A stretch of 64,000 nt of DNA from Eledone cirrhosa (GCA_964016885.1 OZ024741.1:390166001-390230000), one strand, 5' to 3'; counted from the first letter of the stretch, positions 43,746 through 58,688 are shown. Made by a program: numbers and translations. The notes: generated from the sequence alone by a model not told the origin.

Positions 43746-44712
43746 CCGTGGCTTAAGAATTTTAGCAGAGTCAAATATTTTAAAATTAAGGATTTTAGCA
43801 GAAAGTCACGATCTGGGTTAAAGATAGTTCTAAAACACTATTTATTATTTAGCGGTAAAATAAGCTTCAGAGACCCTCGCTAGAGTTGCGTCTCTTTAGG
43901 GTTTACCGGTAAAATAAGCTTAAAAGCATTTTTGTCTATTTTGCTGGGACCGGCTACGTAGCCTATTCAAGGGAACGAGAAGCGAACAAACAAGAGGATT
44001 CTTTAACATAAAGTCGTATTAGTTTCACACTTAAAAGAGAGTGAATTACATAGTCAACGTATCGGGCATTTGCCCTTCATCAGGAAAAACACAAGGAAAA
44101 GCGCAAAGAAATGAAAGTAAAAAATATTTTATAAAATAAAATTAGAAAGAAAAAAGGAAAGGGATGGGGGAATAGTGGTCCGGTGTGTGGGTCTAGGGTT
44201 CGAGGTGAGGGGTGCAGACGTGTTGGTGTTTATGTGTAGGTGGGGTGCATATTATGATGCGTGTGTGGGTGTTAAGTTTGTTGTTGATGGAGGTGTGCGC
44301 GTGAATGGGCGTTCACATACGTCCTCCGCGCGCACGGACACACGTATGATTATACACACAAACACACACATGTATATGTGTACACACACATACACCTGTT
44401 TCTCTGTGTACGCACTTGTGCATGTATGTGTGTGTGTGTTTGGCAGGAATGTGTTGTTATTGGTATGTATTGTGTGGTTGCATGTATTGGTGTATGTGTG
44501 TGTGTGTGTGTGTGTGTTATTGTATCCAACTGCAAGTATATGTGAGTGGGTATGTTCGAGTGTTGTTGGGGACGGTACGCGCACACACACACACACACAC
44601 ATATATATTCAGTGAATCTTCGCTTATCCGGACGGTCAAAACCAAACAGTTAGAAAAAGATCCGGTTAAGTGAAATATCTGGTTAAGTGAATTCTAAAAT
44701 CCCATTGTTACA

Positions 44713-44940
44713 TAACTGTTTCTACTTTAGGCACAAGGCCAGCAATTACCCAGTGCATTACTGGTACTTTATTTTATCGACCCCCGTAAGGATGAAAGGC
44801 AAAGTCAACCTCAGCGGGATTTGAACTCAGATCGTAAAGGGACGTAACTATGCTGGAAAGCATGGCGTCCGACCCTCTACCGATACTGCCAATCCACCAC
44901 CCTAGCATGGCGTCCGACCCTCTACCGATACTGCCAATCC
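44713..44940 (-). mobile_element. SINE-A nested in the Tigger element, with a duplicated 5' head
   Basis: AGCATGGCGTCCGACCCTCTACCGATACTGCCAATCC occurs twice (44858-44895 and 44904-44940). Confidence 0.85.
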
Positions 44941-45064
44941 TAGTCAAAATAAAAGACAAATAACTAAAAACTTGGTAAAACTGAATTGAGTCAAACCATA
45001 AAAAGTTAGTACTTTTTAAAAAATGAATAAATAGAAGATTGTTTTCGCGCCGAAGCTCGTCGTT

Positions 45065-45208
45065 CCGCTACCACTTCCCGCTACCATTTCCCGCTACCAC
45101 TTCCCGCTACCACTTCCCGCTACCACTTCCCGCTACCACTTCCCGCTACCACTTCCCGCTACCACTTCCCGCTACCATTTCCCGCTACCACTTCCCGCTA
45201 CCATTTCC
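45065..45208. repeat. 13-bp tandem repeat inside the Tigger element, about 11 copies
   Basis: (CCACTTCCCGCTA)n. Confidence 0.93.
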
Positions 45209-45725
45209 AAGCAACAGCTGAACGGTCAACCACCTCCCTCATGTTTATCGCACGTAAACATGGAATCATTCCCGTGTCCCCTTTTCCGATCAAATCTCGC
45301 AGCAATTGTTTTCTGTAAATCCGCTTTAGTGTCTCCAAAACTCCCTGGTCCATTGGCTGAATAAGTGACGTAACGTTCGCCGGAAGAAATGTTGCCCGAA
45401 TCTGTCCGTCTGCCGAAATCAAGTCCTCCTCATCCGGAGGTAGTATAGAAATAGCCGTCCGGTAAATCGAATTTCGGAAAAGCGATATCCGGATAAGCGA
45501 AGATTCACGGTATATATATATATATGCGGAGGTGTGTGTGGTTGGGTGAGTTAGTAATGTCTTTTGGTGTTAGTTGTAATAGGTGGAAAGGTGCGAGTAT
45601 TGGGCCGTAGTGGTGGTGGCTTAGTGAGTATTAATGGTGTTAGCTGGCCGAAAGTGTACAGAGTGAGCTACACGCGCATCACTGTGTGTCTGTGTGTGTG
45701 TGTTTGCGTATGTGTGTTCATGTGC

Positions 45726-46727
45726 CAACATGAGGAAACAACAATTACGATTAGACCAACATCGTGTTAACATATCTGCCGGGAAGAAGGACATATGTGA
45801 CAGTCGACCGACTTTCGTCAAATCGGACCAAGGGAACAATGTTTCCGTTGGTCTTTCCAATTGCTAATACTATCTATCGGTCGCAACTCCAGGTAGAAGG
45901 AAGGAGAAACGTGAAATAAAGTGTCTTGCTCAAGGACATAACGCATCGCCCGGTCCAGGAATCGAAATCCCAACCTCTCGATTGCGAATCCAATTCTCTA
46001 ACCATTCAGCCACACGCCTTCATATATGGTCAGTTTTAATTTCATATAAAACCGGAAGTTTTGTGCGTCACACATTTTAGAATTGGCAGTATCGGTAGAG
46101 GAGCGGACATGCTTTCCAACATAGTTACGTCCCCTTACGATCTGAGTTCAAATCCTGCCGAGGTTAACTTTGCCTTTCATTTCTTACAGGGTCGATAAAA
46201 TAAAGTACCAGTAACGTACTGGGGTAATTGCTGGCCTTGTGCAAAAGTAGAAACAATTATTTATTTAGTTTTTCGCATTAACAAAGTGAAGATGTCTTGG
46301 TTTCGCATTAACAAAATGAAGATGTCTTGGTTTTGTGTAATATGGAATAGCCAGAAACGTCACGTGGTGAACTGGGAGTGTTGTGCTTCGCGATATACAC
46401 ACAGGTCCTCTGTGCTCTGGATTCAAATCCTGCCGTTCACTTTCTCCTCCTCCCCCCCCCCCCCCCCCCCCCTCCTCCACAAAAATGCATGTATACATAT
46501 ATACTTATGTTTATATCTTCTGGCCATTCCATATTACACAAAAACCGAGACATCTTTATTTATTAAAAACAACTTTGTTAAGGCGAAAAACTAAATAAAT
46601 AATTAATTAAAATGTGTGACACACAAAACTTCCGGTTTTATATGAAATTAAAATTGACCATATGTCTTTCTTCCCGGCAGATATGTTAACACGATGATGG
46701 TTTAATCATAATTGTTTCCCCATGTTG
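45726..46727. mobile_element. Long-TIR foldback/MITE-like element with two SINEs inserted in the left arm
   Basis: 45726-45797, 46021-46080 and 46261-46360 are the reverse complement of 46519-46727. The termini are CAACATG/CATGTTG. Confidence 0.7.
46080..46262 (+). mobile_element. SINE-A nested in the foldback element
   Basis: Complete SINE core. Confidence 0.85.
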
Positions 46728-46814
46728 AAGAAGAAGAAGAAGAAGAAGAAGAAGAAGAAGAAGAAGAAGAAGAAGAAGAAGAAGAAGAAGAAGAAGATGA
46801 AGAAGAAGAAGAAG

Positions 46815-46843
<29 letters not shown>
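46727..46843. repeat. (GAA)n microsatellite
   Basis: Direct reading. Confidence 0.97.
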
Positions 46844-46845
<2 letters not shown>

Positions 46846-46898
46846 GCAGATTATTAATGATCATGTGACCATGTGAACAGTGGCTTGAAACTAAATAG

Positions 46899-47457
46899 TG
46901 TGAGGGCTTTAATCCAAGGACGTAACCGTTGTTGCCATTAAGATGTATCTTTCAATAACTTTATTAACTCAACCCAGTTGCAAGTCTATGGCTCTCAATA
47001 TCTTAGATAGAGAAGTGACTTTGGGTGCCACTATTACAGCAGGCACGATAGATAGACCAAAGGAAATTTTGCACCCCTTCATACTTGCGCCAGGAGGAGG
47101 TCGGGCAACTCTCCCTTTCTCTCACATCCACATCCTTTTGCCGCAGTTCCCACCCGACAGCTGTTATACGTGCATACTCACAAGTGGCAGTAACAGTAGC
47201 TATGCTTGTGTAACCAGGGGAAGAGGGCAGAGATAATAGCTATTGTACGTGAAACTAGGAGAGAAGAAAACAATAGCCCTTAAACCAGGAGAGGCGGAGC
47301 CTATAGCTATACACGTGTAACCAGAAGACGCGAAGACTAACAGTTATAAACATGTGATCAGAAGACACGAAGATAAAGATCAGACACGTGTGTAACAAGT
47401 GGGAATTGGGTTGAGAGATTGAATATAAAAAATAGAAGACAAAAGTTTTGCCGTACA
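46899..47457 (-). mobile_element. Possible solo LTR
   Basis: 559 bp bounded by TGT...ACA, with imperfect terminal inverted repeats (TGTGAGGGC/TGTACGGC) and minus-strand AATAAA at about 46960. No clear TSD. Confidence 0.35.
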
Positions 47458-47489
47458 AAACCAGAAATAAGGAATAATTTTAAAAAATG

Positions 47490-47530
<41 letters not shown>

Positions 47531-47532
<2 letters not shown>

Positions 47533-48243
47533 TGATTTCTTTATTGGCCACAAGGGCTGACATCAAGAAAAACATTACAGACGGTACAGGTAATAATAAT
47601 GTTTTCTTTATCAATTACAAGGGTTGACATAAAGTATAACATTAAGGATAGCACAGGACGGTACAAATGGGTATTTCTGCGTGTAAAGAAAAAACAAAAG
47701 AAATGACAAAAAAAGAAACTAAGAAAAATTCCCCAATAGGAGGGAGACTTCCAAGGGACACTCGTGGAGAAAGCCCATTAAAAAAGCCACGGTGACACTG
47801 ACCACTAGGGCAAGTGCCCTCTCCCAGTTTTGCACCTCCAATTTACAGGCGTATACTCACTTGGGCCATGTTTGCCTCTCTCACCCATCTTTCAACAAAT
47901 TGCTGGGAAGAGAGCATTTCCCTCTCCACCTTGATTTTCATTTTCAAAAATTAATCAAGGCATCACCGAAGATGTAAGCGCTCGTCTTCATCCATTTCAA
48001 ACGCGCCCACCACATGATCTCTTTTGTCATGGCCACCAGGCAGATAAAAATTGCCTGCCCTACCTGGCTAAAGGAAGGCGGCAGGGCAATCCTCACGATG
48101 GACTCAGCTGATAGACGGATCTGTCCTACACGCGACAGCAGGTGTTTGACTTAAGCCCACAAGTCAGCAATGCTCGGACACTGTACGAGTGCGCGCAGGA
48201 CGGTTTCGTTGCCCTGCGCGCATAATCGGACAGGCCTGGCTGA
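47531..48243 (-). mobile_element. Two tandem Tx1 3' ends (short 47531-47590 and 47600-48243), each with an (AAT)n tail
   Basis: High similarity to 22193-22870. (AAT)n at about 47490-47530 and 47591-47600. Confidence 0.85.
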
Positions 48244-48698
48244 TATAAAAAAGAAACTTCCCTCCAAACCCAAATTGATATCAATGCAGAGAGGTAGCAA
48301 ACGAATGTTGTATCTTATTTCGGTGGTACGAGGAAGCGTACTCCCTAATTTTGAATGTTATAGTGTTGCAATGACAAATCAAAAACCGACGGGTTATTAT
48401 TTTTCTTTTATTCTTTTTTTCTGGGCTCCACTCATCAGACCACGGTCATGCTGGAGCACCCACCGACTTCAAAAATTTAGTCTATCATATCAACCCCAGT
48501 ACTTATTTTTTCAAATTCTGGTACTTATTTAATCGATCTGTTTGTCGAACCACCAAATTACGGGACATAAACAAATAGTAAATGCAAACACACACACATA
48601 ATACATGCATGTACGTACGTACGCATGCATGCATGTATGTATGTATGTATGTATGTATGTATGTATGTATGTATGTATGTATGTATGTATGTATGTAT

Positions 48699-48985
48699 GA
48701 CCCCTTAGCCTTTGTCAAGGCAGAATTCTAGGAGAAGGAAAACTCTGATATAACATCTGCAACCCTGATGGTAGCCAATGATGTTGACTTGTTCTTCTTT
48801 TTGGTAAATATCATCTTGGTTAAGAGAGTGGGACTGGCTTTGTGCAGTGCCTTTGCTCACTATAAAATCTTCACGGCACAGGCATTGCTTTATATCTGGA
48901 GATCTCTCTGCACTTGTCGTCACATGGTACCATGGGCCCAGCACTATGTGTCAATAATTGTCACTATGTGTCAATAATTGTCATT
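48699..48985 (+). mobile_element. Inverted partial copy of the same RTE-derived element
   Basis: Reverse complement of 52325-52590. Preceded by (GTAT)n. Confidence 0.75.
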
Positions 48986-50515
48986 GACGTTTCTAGGGTA
49001 TTTAAAAACCTGGCGGAGTTTAAAATCAGGTCTGACTGCAACAGATTTCTTCCAGAGAAGGATAGAGAGTGAGAAAGAGATGTAGAGAAAGAATTGACCC
49101 CAGTACTTCACTGGTACTTTTTGTATCGACCCCAGAAGGATGAAAAGCAAAGTTGACCTCGGTGGGATTTGAACTCAGAGAACAGAAAACCGAAACGAAT
49201 GCCATAAAGCATTCTAACTGACATTCTAACGACTCTGCCAATTCGCCGCCTCAGTCACTATTCAGAGACCCAATATCTTATGATAGAATCTAATTGAAAG
49301 CAAGTTATTGAGGAAAAGGAAATAACCATATTATAACTGTATTAATGAAGGTTAGTAATCAATGATAATAGGGTGAAAGAACTCTTCTCAATATGTCAAC
49401 AGAGAAATTGATTTAATGAAACAATAAACATATAAAATAGGACAAAGTCCTTGCTGACTTTGAATCGATGTACCTAAGTCAATATATTTTTATGGTTTTA
49501 TGTTATTTACCATAAAATTTGTTAGTATAGATATTGACAAGCCTGTCAATAGCATTAACTAATGCCTAACAGTTTCATTCCGCCTCGATCGTTACTTTGA
49601 TCTTGAGGTAGAAACTGCTGTTGATCAATTCTGCTTAAGCAGGCCTACAATTACAAGATATTTTAAACATGATTACTCCTTCTTTCTTTCCCCCTCTTTG
49701 AAATACAAGCGTACATAGCATCACATTTTTTCCAATGTGACCCATTTTTTAAGACGGGCAGAACGTGATTTGAAGGAGATTTGGCTGCTATTTCTAGCAG
49801 ATCGAATGATCACAAAGAAACTCTCTTGATGGAAAAATAACATCAAAGCAGCAGAATCTCTTTATTATGTTTGGAACAATATGAATAATTCAATATGTTT
49901 TTATGGTGATCTGTTATTATTTATCATAGAAACGTTTTAGTTGCGTTGATAAATCATTCTATTGCGTGTTGTCCGCCAGCTTCAGGCTATAACTACGATC
50001 GTTACTTCGAGTGGAAAATGTTTGTTTCAAAGCATAAGCCATGCAAGTGTAAATATACGCTCCAAACTAAAGTTGAGACCAAGGACGTCTTTTATTAGGG
50101 TTTTATTACTGGTATCTTTTGATTAGGTATAAAGTCAATGTTGTTGTTTAGCACCAAGTCAAAACTGAAGGAGCTAACCCTTGATCAATAGCCCTTCACC
50201 CGTGACCATCCTGTAATTCAGAGTCATATGCCGTTTTCTTATTCAAAACGGTGGTGAATAATTTAGGGAGATTTGGTTGCTATTTTTAATAGATCTAACG
50301 ACCACTCAGAGACATCATTGCCTATAACAGCAGAGAGAAAAAGAGAGGAATATAGTCGATCGAATCAATACAAGTACTAGTTTTATATGTTTATCGATAT
50401 TCTTTCATTGACCCAGGTCGGATGACAGATAATATTTTTTACCCAGGAGGTTTAAAAGGTCAAAGTCGACAGCGACTGTGTTTGAACTTTGAACGCTAAA
50501 AGAGGAATGAAAACA

Positions 50516-50825
50516 TCATGGCCGAATGGTTAAGAGGTTCGCTTCGTAATCATTAGGTCGCGGGTTCAATCCCACTATGTTGTATCTTGGGCAAATACCA
50601 TATATTATAGCCTCGAGTTCACGAGTGAAATTGTATAAACAAGAACTGTGTGGAAGCCCGTCGAATGGACTGTACTTGCCACAGTGTGTTCCTCGGAATC
50701 TCCCTAAGAATTACGTTAGGGGTACACGTGTCAGTGTAATGCACAGCCACTTATACGTTACTTTTATGAGCAGGCTGTTCCGTTGATCGAACAACTAGAA
50801 CACTCATCGTCGAAACTGACGGTGG
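50516..50825 (+). mobile_element. tRNA-headed SINE (B-related)
   Basis: TGGCCGAATGGTTAAG..GGTTCAATCCC..CTTGGGCAA. The 3' part resembles the reverse complement of 8700-8790. Confidence 0.6.
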
Positions 50826-51377
50826 TCCATTGCAATTGAAAAGAGGATTTCTTACGTTAATACCTGGCTGCTAAATGATTATGGTTACTTAAGAAGAGTG
50901 TATTCAACTGAATCTTTGGGATTTGAACTCGGACCCTATGATGACGAAATTGAATAATCTAAACCTCATTTAGTCCGGTGTTTTATCGTTTCAAACGAAT
51001 AACCCCCACCCTCACCCACAGGCAGAATTTCCCCCGAGTTTTCATTTGAAAAAGGCTCCTCCATCATTGGTTTAAGTGGTCGCTTGACCTGCTACAAATC
51101 ATGGCCAAATTCCACTCAAACAACATCCCACCATCTTAAAAAAATAAATAAATAAAATAAAACAGGATAAAGAAAAATTGGGTAATGCACGCTTGGATTC
51201 ATTTTGTTAAAATAAAAAGAAATAGTCATTGATGAAACGCTTTGACCACGGTAGATTTTCCGTCGGTCTCAACGTTGGGCATTCAGCTGATTGACCAAAT
51301 GAATATCTACTCGTGGAATGAACATGTTAGCGGTTGAGTATTCCACAAACGTATATTCCTAACATAAGTTTTCTTTA

Positions 51378-51682
51378 AGGCGGCGAATTGGCAGTCGGAT
51401 AGAATGTTTTGCAGCATTCGTTTCGGCTTTCTGCTCTCTGAGTTCAAATCCCGCAGAGGTCAATTTTGCCTTTCATCCATTCGAGGACGATAAAAAAAAG
51501 TACCAGCCTAATACTGTAGTCGATTCTGCCTCTATATCTCTGTCTCATTTTCTATCTTTCTCTGGAAGAAATCTTCTGTATTCAAACATGGAGAGCAGAT
51601 CGGTTCAGCCAAGTTTCAAATGCCCAAGAAACGCCGTATGTCAATATGGCGCCCCTACAACTCCCACAGGAGTTATGGGATC
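51378..51682 (+). mobile_element. SINE-A variant with extended 3' region
   Basis: Homologous to 30517-30852. Confidence 0.7.
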
Positions 51683-52188
51683 ATCCATCCATCCAATTTT
51701 TCTTTAGTAATCCGAATGGAAGAAAGATAAAGTTGACTGCGGCGGAATTTTAACCTCTGCGGAGTGCAGAGTGTCGGAAGGAATAATGCAGAGCATTCTA
51801 ACGACGTTCAAATGAGATGACCAATTCGCTGTCTTATTTTGATCATCGGTCTTGCTTAACAAGAGCTACACAACTAACCACTTCTGTTAGCAATAACATT
51901 AAATGATTTTTTAAATATATATTGTTCAACGAAACAAGGTAGCAAAATATAGGTTTTCGGTTTCGATCCCTAGTTGAAGTTATTTCGCTTTCTAGTAATG
52001 CAGTTAGGGAAAGGGCCATGACCGGGAAAACATTTGAAACAGGGCTTTCTTAGAAAGAGAGAGAGAGGACAGACCAAAATATGTAGAGCAAAGTTACAGC
52101 ATGCTGGCGAGTATTCCAACACAAAAGATTCATGTTTCCACGTACATTCATACATACATACATACATACATACATACATAAAGACATA

Positions 52189-52590
52189 TGGTGGCTGCCA
52201 ACTCGTTTTCGAGTACGGCCACTACTTTATATCCATGTAGGAGAACCCCTACCGATGCGCTGAACGAGTGTGACTTTTTAGTCCAGCCTGCGACATGAAA
52301 ACTCTGGTACAAACACTACACTTGTGACAATTATTGACACATAGTGCTGGGCCAATGGTACCATGTGACGACAAGTGCAGAGAGATCTCCAGATATAAAG
52401 CAATGCCTGTGCCGTGAAGCTTTTATAGTGAGCAAAGGCACTGCACAAAGCCAGTCCCACTCTCTTAACCAAGATGATATTTACCAAAAAGAAGAACAAG
52501 TCAACATCATTGGATACCATCAGGGTTGCAGGTGTTATATCAGAGTTTTCCTTCTCCTAGAATTCTGCCTTGACAAAGGCTAAGGGGTCT
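52189..52590 (-). mobile_element. Copy of the RTE-derived short element (3' module) between (TACA)n tracts
   Basis: Near-identical to 55814-56200. One minus frame ends [22 protein letters not shown]. Confidence 0.75.
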
Positions 52591-53006
52591 CATAAAGACA
52601 TACATACATACATACATAAAGACATACATACATACATACATACACACATACATACATACATACGTACATACATACATACATACATACACACATACATACA
52701 TAAAGACATAAAGACATACACACATACATACATACATACATACATACATACATACATACATACATAAAGACATACATACATACATACACACATACATACA
52801 GATATATATGAAAATATGTGTGGGAGTGTACTACAGTGTGCCGTGTAAGTATTGTTATTATATGAGTGTAATAATCGATATGTTTTTTTCTATTTACTGG
52901 TTTCAGACTACGACCATGCTGGGTCACCAACTTTAAGGGATTTAGTCGATCACAACGATCCCAGTGTTTATTTATTTTCAAGCCTGTTATTTTATCGATC
53001 TGTGCT

Positions 53007-53099
<93 letters not shown>

Positions 53100-53340
53100 A
53101 ACATACATACATACATTCATACATATACACACACATACACACATACATACATACATACAGACATACATACACACATACACACACACATACATACACATAT
53201 ACATATATATACATACATACATACATATATATACATACATACACACATACATACAGACAGACAGACATACACACATACATATATATACATACATACATAC
53301 ATATATATATATACATACATACATACATACATATATACAA
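52591..53340. repeat. Compound (TACA)n/(CA)n/(TA)n microsatellite region
   Basis: Direct reading. Similar tracts occur at 59240-59550 and 61740-62345. Confidence 0.9.
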
Positions 53341-53399
53341 GAGGAGTTAAAGAACTCAAATATGGCAAAGCCGCTGGGGAAGATTAAATCCGGTCCAAG

Positions 53400-54300
53400 A
53401 TGTTAAAAACCTTAAATAGAGAAGGTATTCTCTGGCTGACTCGTGTGTGCCAAGTGGCCTGGATCTCTGTAAAGGCACCTGAGCAATGGCAATCAAGAGT
53501 GATAATCCAAATTTTCTAAAACAGAGACGAGAGACATTGTTCCAATTACAGAGATATCTTGGTTAAGCCTCCCTGGTAAAATCTATGCTACGTCTCTGGC
53601 AAAGATATGTGGGAGATTGTTGAATCCAAGCTACCTGATGAACAATGTGGTTTTCGCCCCGGACGCAGCACAGCCGACCAAATATTCACACTGCGGCAGG
53701 TCTTCGAGAAATCGCGGGAGTATTGCTAAGAAGTGTATTCTTGTTTTGTAAATCTCGAAAAGGCATATGACCGCGTTCCTCGGGACCTGCTGCAGAAGGC
53801 TGAGCAAGAGTATGGGGTTGATGGTTAGCTTCTTGCTGCCCTGATGTCTCTATACTAATGCCCGAGTATTTGTGTTCGGATAAATAGTGCTAAATCGAAA
53901 CCATGCCATTCAATGTTGAGTATCTAACTCCACCAAAAGTACGTCACCTCTCCTGTTCATTATTTTCACGAACAGGATTGACATGTACAACCGGGATGAA
54001 AGTGGTATCATGACTGACGAATGTAAAATCAGTCGGCTGGAATTTGCAGACGACATGGTGTTACTTAACTCGACAGAAGGTGATCTCCGACTTACACTTG
54101 ATAAGTTTGATGGCGAGTGCTCCATGATTGGAATGAAAATCAGTGCTGCAAAAACTGAGACACTCGTCCTCTCAAGGAAGCGTGCACAGTTCTTTCTACA
54201 TGTGAATAAAGTTCCACTGAAGCAGGTGGAGAAGTTCAAGTATCTTGGGGCCGAGATCATGAGTGATGAGAGGCAGGATGCTGAATTAAGTGCATTCGGT
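53400..54300 (+). mobile_element. Degenerate RTE-clade RT fragment
   Basis: YRDILVKPP(GK), EQCGFRPGRSTADQIFTLRQVFEK, LEKAYDRVPR, LEFADDMVL, VEKFKYLG, with internal stops. Confidence 0.85.
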
Positions 54301-54582
54301 AATCAAAAGTAGGTGAGAAGGGAGACTTTGACAAATTGATGGATATGAAATTTAAAATATGAACATACAAGAGCGTGTGTGCGCACTCACATATACATAC
54401 ATACACACTTACATACACAGACATACACATATACACAAATGCAAAAAAAAAAAATGATGGAAAATTAAATAAAGTTAAAACGTACCTAATTAAAGGTATA
54501 TAGATAGATAGTCACAGGCTGTCCGTGTGTCTTTCCTTCGTTGGATGAAATGCACCGATGAACAACACCAGCTTCCCTATCA

Positions 54583-54823
54583 ATATAACTATATGGATAT
54601 TGATATATATATGTATATATAACTATATGGATATTGATATATATATGTATATATAACTATATGGATATTGATATATATATGTATATATAACTATATGGAT
54701 ATTGATATATATATGTATATATAACTATATGGATATTGATATATATATGTATATATAACTATATGGATATTGATATATATATGTATATATAACTATATGG
54801 ATATTGATATATATATGTATATA
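54583..54823. repeat. 34-bp minisatellite, 7 copies
   Basis: AACTATATGGATATTG recurs every 34 bp from 54587. Confidence 0.95.
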
Positions 54824-55003
54824 AACACCGTCAAAGTGATGCTGGTAATTTGAATTCTGTTACTATAGCTGCGTACAAGTTGAGATTAAACCCTAAGTTG
54901 GTTTGCCACAGCTATTTGTAGTGAAGCCTGAATGCGAGGGCGTGTGTTTGCATATGTAAATACATGTATATGTATCTTGATATGTACGTAAATATGCTGT
55001 GGC

Positions 55004-55068
<65 letters not shown>

Positions 55069-55369
55069 ATGTAAGTTGTATGTATATGTGTATGTATGTG
55101 TTTGGAAAATACTCCCACCCGACATGTCGATCCTTCTTTTCTTTTTTTAATTTTTATTAGTCAATATTCTTTTTCTTCTCTCAATAGTCGTTTGCTCCTC
55201 CTTCTTCCTCTTCAGAAGAGAGTGGAGGGGGAAGGTGATAGAGTAGTATGTAGTAATAGAGTGTGTGTGTGTGTGGAGGGGGGGGGGAGGCGTGGAAAAG
55301 TTGGCACGGGCAATGAACTTCGATATTCTTTGCATTAATTTGTCTCACCTTAGCGGGGAGAGGAGTAGC

Positions 55370-56660
<1,291 letters not shown>

Positions 56661-56744
56661 TGCTAACATTTTCCCAGTGAAAAATTTGTCACAATTTTCT
56701 TCTCCTTTTTACTAATATATCACAACTCGTGTGTCACACCTCTA

Positions 56745-56850
<106 letters not shown>

Positions 56851-56929
56851 CTAGCTATTGTGTATATGTGTATATGTATATATATATTACAAGCTATTGT
56901 GTGTATGTGTATATATATATATATATTTA

Positions 56930-57580
56930 TTTATTAAAATAATAGATTAAAGTTTAAGCAAAGAATCGCTGCTTTCACCCTTAACGGGATCTTCTGAAAC
57001 TAAAAAGGTCAATCTGTGAACGCAGAAGTAAATATTTCAAAAAACGTTGCAACCGAAGGAAGACAGGAAGACGATACTTTGGTTCGTGGAAACGTTCCCT
57101 GGCAAAGAATGGAAAAAAACGAAGATAATACGTTATTATTTGGAGCGGTGAAAATAATTACACGCAAAGACAAAACCACGTTTATGGTATAAATGAAGTC
57201 GTAGGTGGTTCATGGAGACGTTCTCTGGCAATGAACGGAAAAAACGAAGATTCTTTGCGTGTAATTGTTTTCACCGCTCCAAATAATGACGTATTATCTT
57301 CGTTTTTTTTCCATTCTTTGCCAGGGAACGTCTTCACGAACCAAAGTATCGTCTTCCTGTCTTCCTTCGTTTGCAACGTTTTTTGAAATATTTACTTCTG
57401 CGTTCACAGATTGACTTTTTTTAGTTTCAGAAGATCCTGTTAAGGGTGAAAGCAGCGATTCTTTGCTTAAACTTTAATCTATTATTTTAATAAATATTTG
57501 TTCTAGGGTTCTTATATATTTGATATATATTTATCCTTACCGAGCCCTCTTTGGATTTTAGTCTTCAAATTTATTATTAT

Positions 57581-57585
<5 letters not shown>
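56930..57585. repeat. ~240-bp-arm inverted repeat flanked by (TA)n
   Basis: 56930-57170 is the reverse complement of 57252-57495. Confidence 0.88.
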
Positions 57586-57672
<87 letters not shown>

Positions 57673-57951
57673 TTTCTGAATTTGTTTAGCAAGATCCTTT
57701 ATCTGAAAACGTGTTGAAACCGATATTGTTATACTTTGGGAGGGTCATGTTGCCAATAAAAAACACACGCACCAGTTGCTTTCACTCCAATTTATTATAA
57801 ATTGAATTATAAATTTAAAAATTTATAAATTTCCGGTTGGTTGGTTGGTTCCACAACCAACCAACCAACCGGTTGTTCATATATTGTCAAAGTTCTTTCG
57901 TTACACATTCTGTGTGTGTTTCTTATAGGCAACATGACCCTCCAATAGTAT

Positions 57952-57989
<38 letters not shown>

Positions 57990-58028
57990 CTAGCTATTGT
58001 GTATATGTATATATATATTACAAGCTAT

Positions 58029-58101
<73 letters not shown>

Positions 58102-58170
58102 GTGAGGTTTTTTTTACAAAATGAAAAATAACCGAGGTGTCCTATACGAGTGAAAGTATAAAGAAAAAAA

Positions 58171-58445
58171 GATGAAATCGAAAATGCAACTGGAGTCTTA
58201 TTTTAAAAAATATATATATATTTATTTGGTTCTTTTACCGGTTTCGCAGTTCTTCTGCTTTTCAAAAGTAAAGTTGAGATGGAGGGTCTGTCGTTTTTCT
58301 CACATTTGATATGAGAAAAACCACAGACCCTCCATCTCAACTCTACTTTTGAAAAGCAGAAGAACTGCGAAACCGGTAAAGGAACCAAATAAATATATAT
58401 ATTTTAAAAAAAATAAGACTCCAGTTGCATTTTCGATTTCATCTT
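58171..58445. repeat. ~130-bp-arm inverted repeat
   Basis: 58171-58302 pairs with 58312-58443. Confidence 0.88.
58346..58381 (+). ncRNA. Variant hammerhead motif with U3-A8 core (mirror copy on - at 58232-58268)
   Basis: CUU-UUGAAAA-GCAG(AAGAA)CUGC-GAAA-CCGG-UA-AAG. Confidence 0.5.
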
Positions 58446-58465
58446 CCCCCCCCCCCTCTCTCTTT

Positions 58466-58626
<161 letters not shown>

Positions 58627-58688
58627 TACTAGCTATTGTGTATATGTGTATATGTATATACATATACACATATACACAATAGCTAGTA

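Larger units (their letters stand above)
44610..45510 (-). mobile_element. Tigger/pogo (Tc1-mariner superfamily) internally deleted DNA transposon
   Basis: 23-bp TIRs CAGTGAATCTTCGCTTATCCGGA (44610-44632) and TCCGGATAAGCGAAGATTCACGG (45488-45510, 1 mismatch), with TA on the right. DDE fragment FLPANVTSLIQPMDQGVLETLK at 45198-45422. Confidence 0.88.

Noticed and set aside
52344-52583. 79-aa ORF repeated three times (48705-48944, 52344-52583, 55956-56195) as a small gene family
   Set aside because: It lies antisense within an RTE-derived repeat, and its conservation reflects recent copying.
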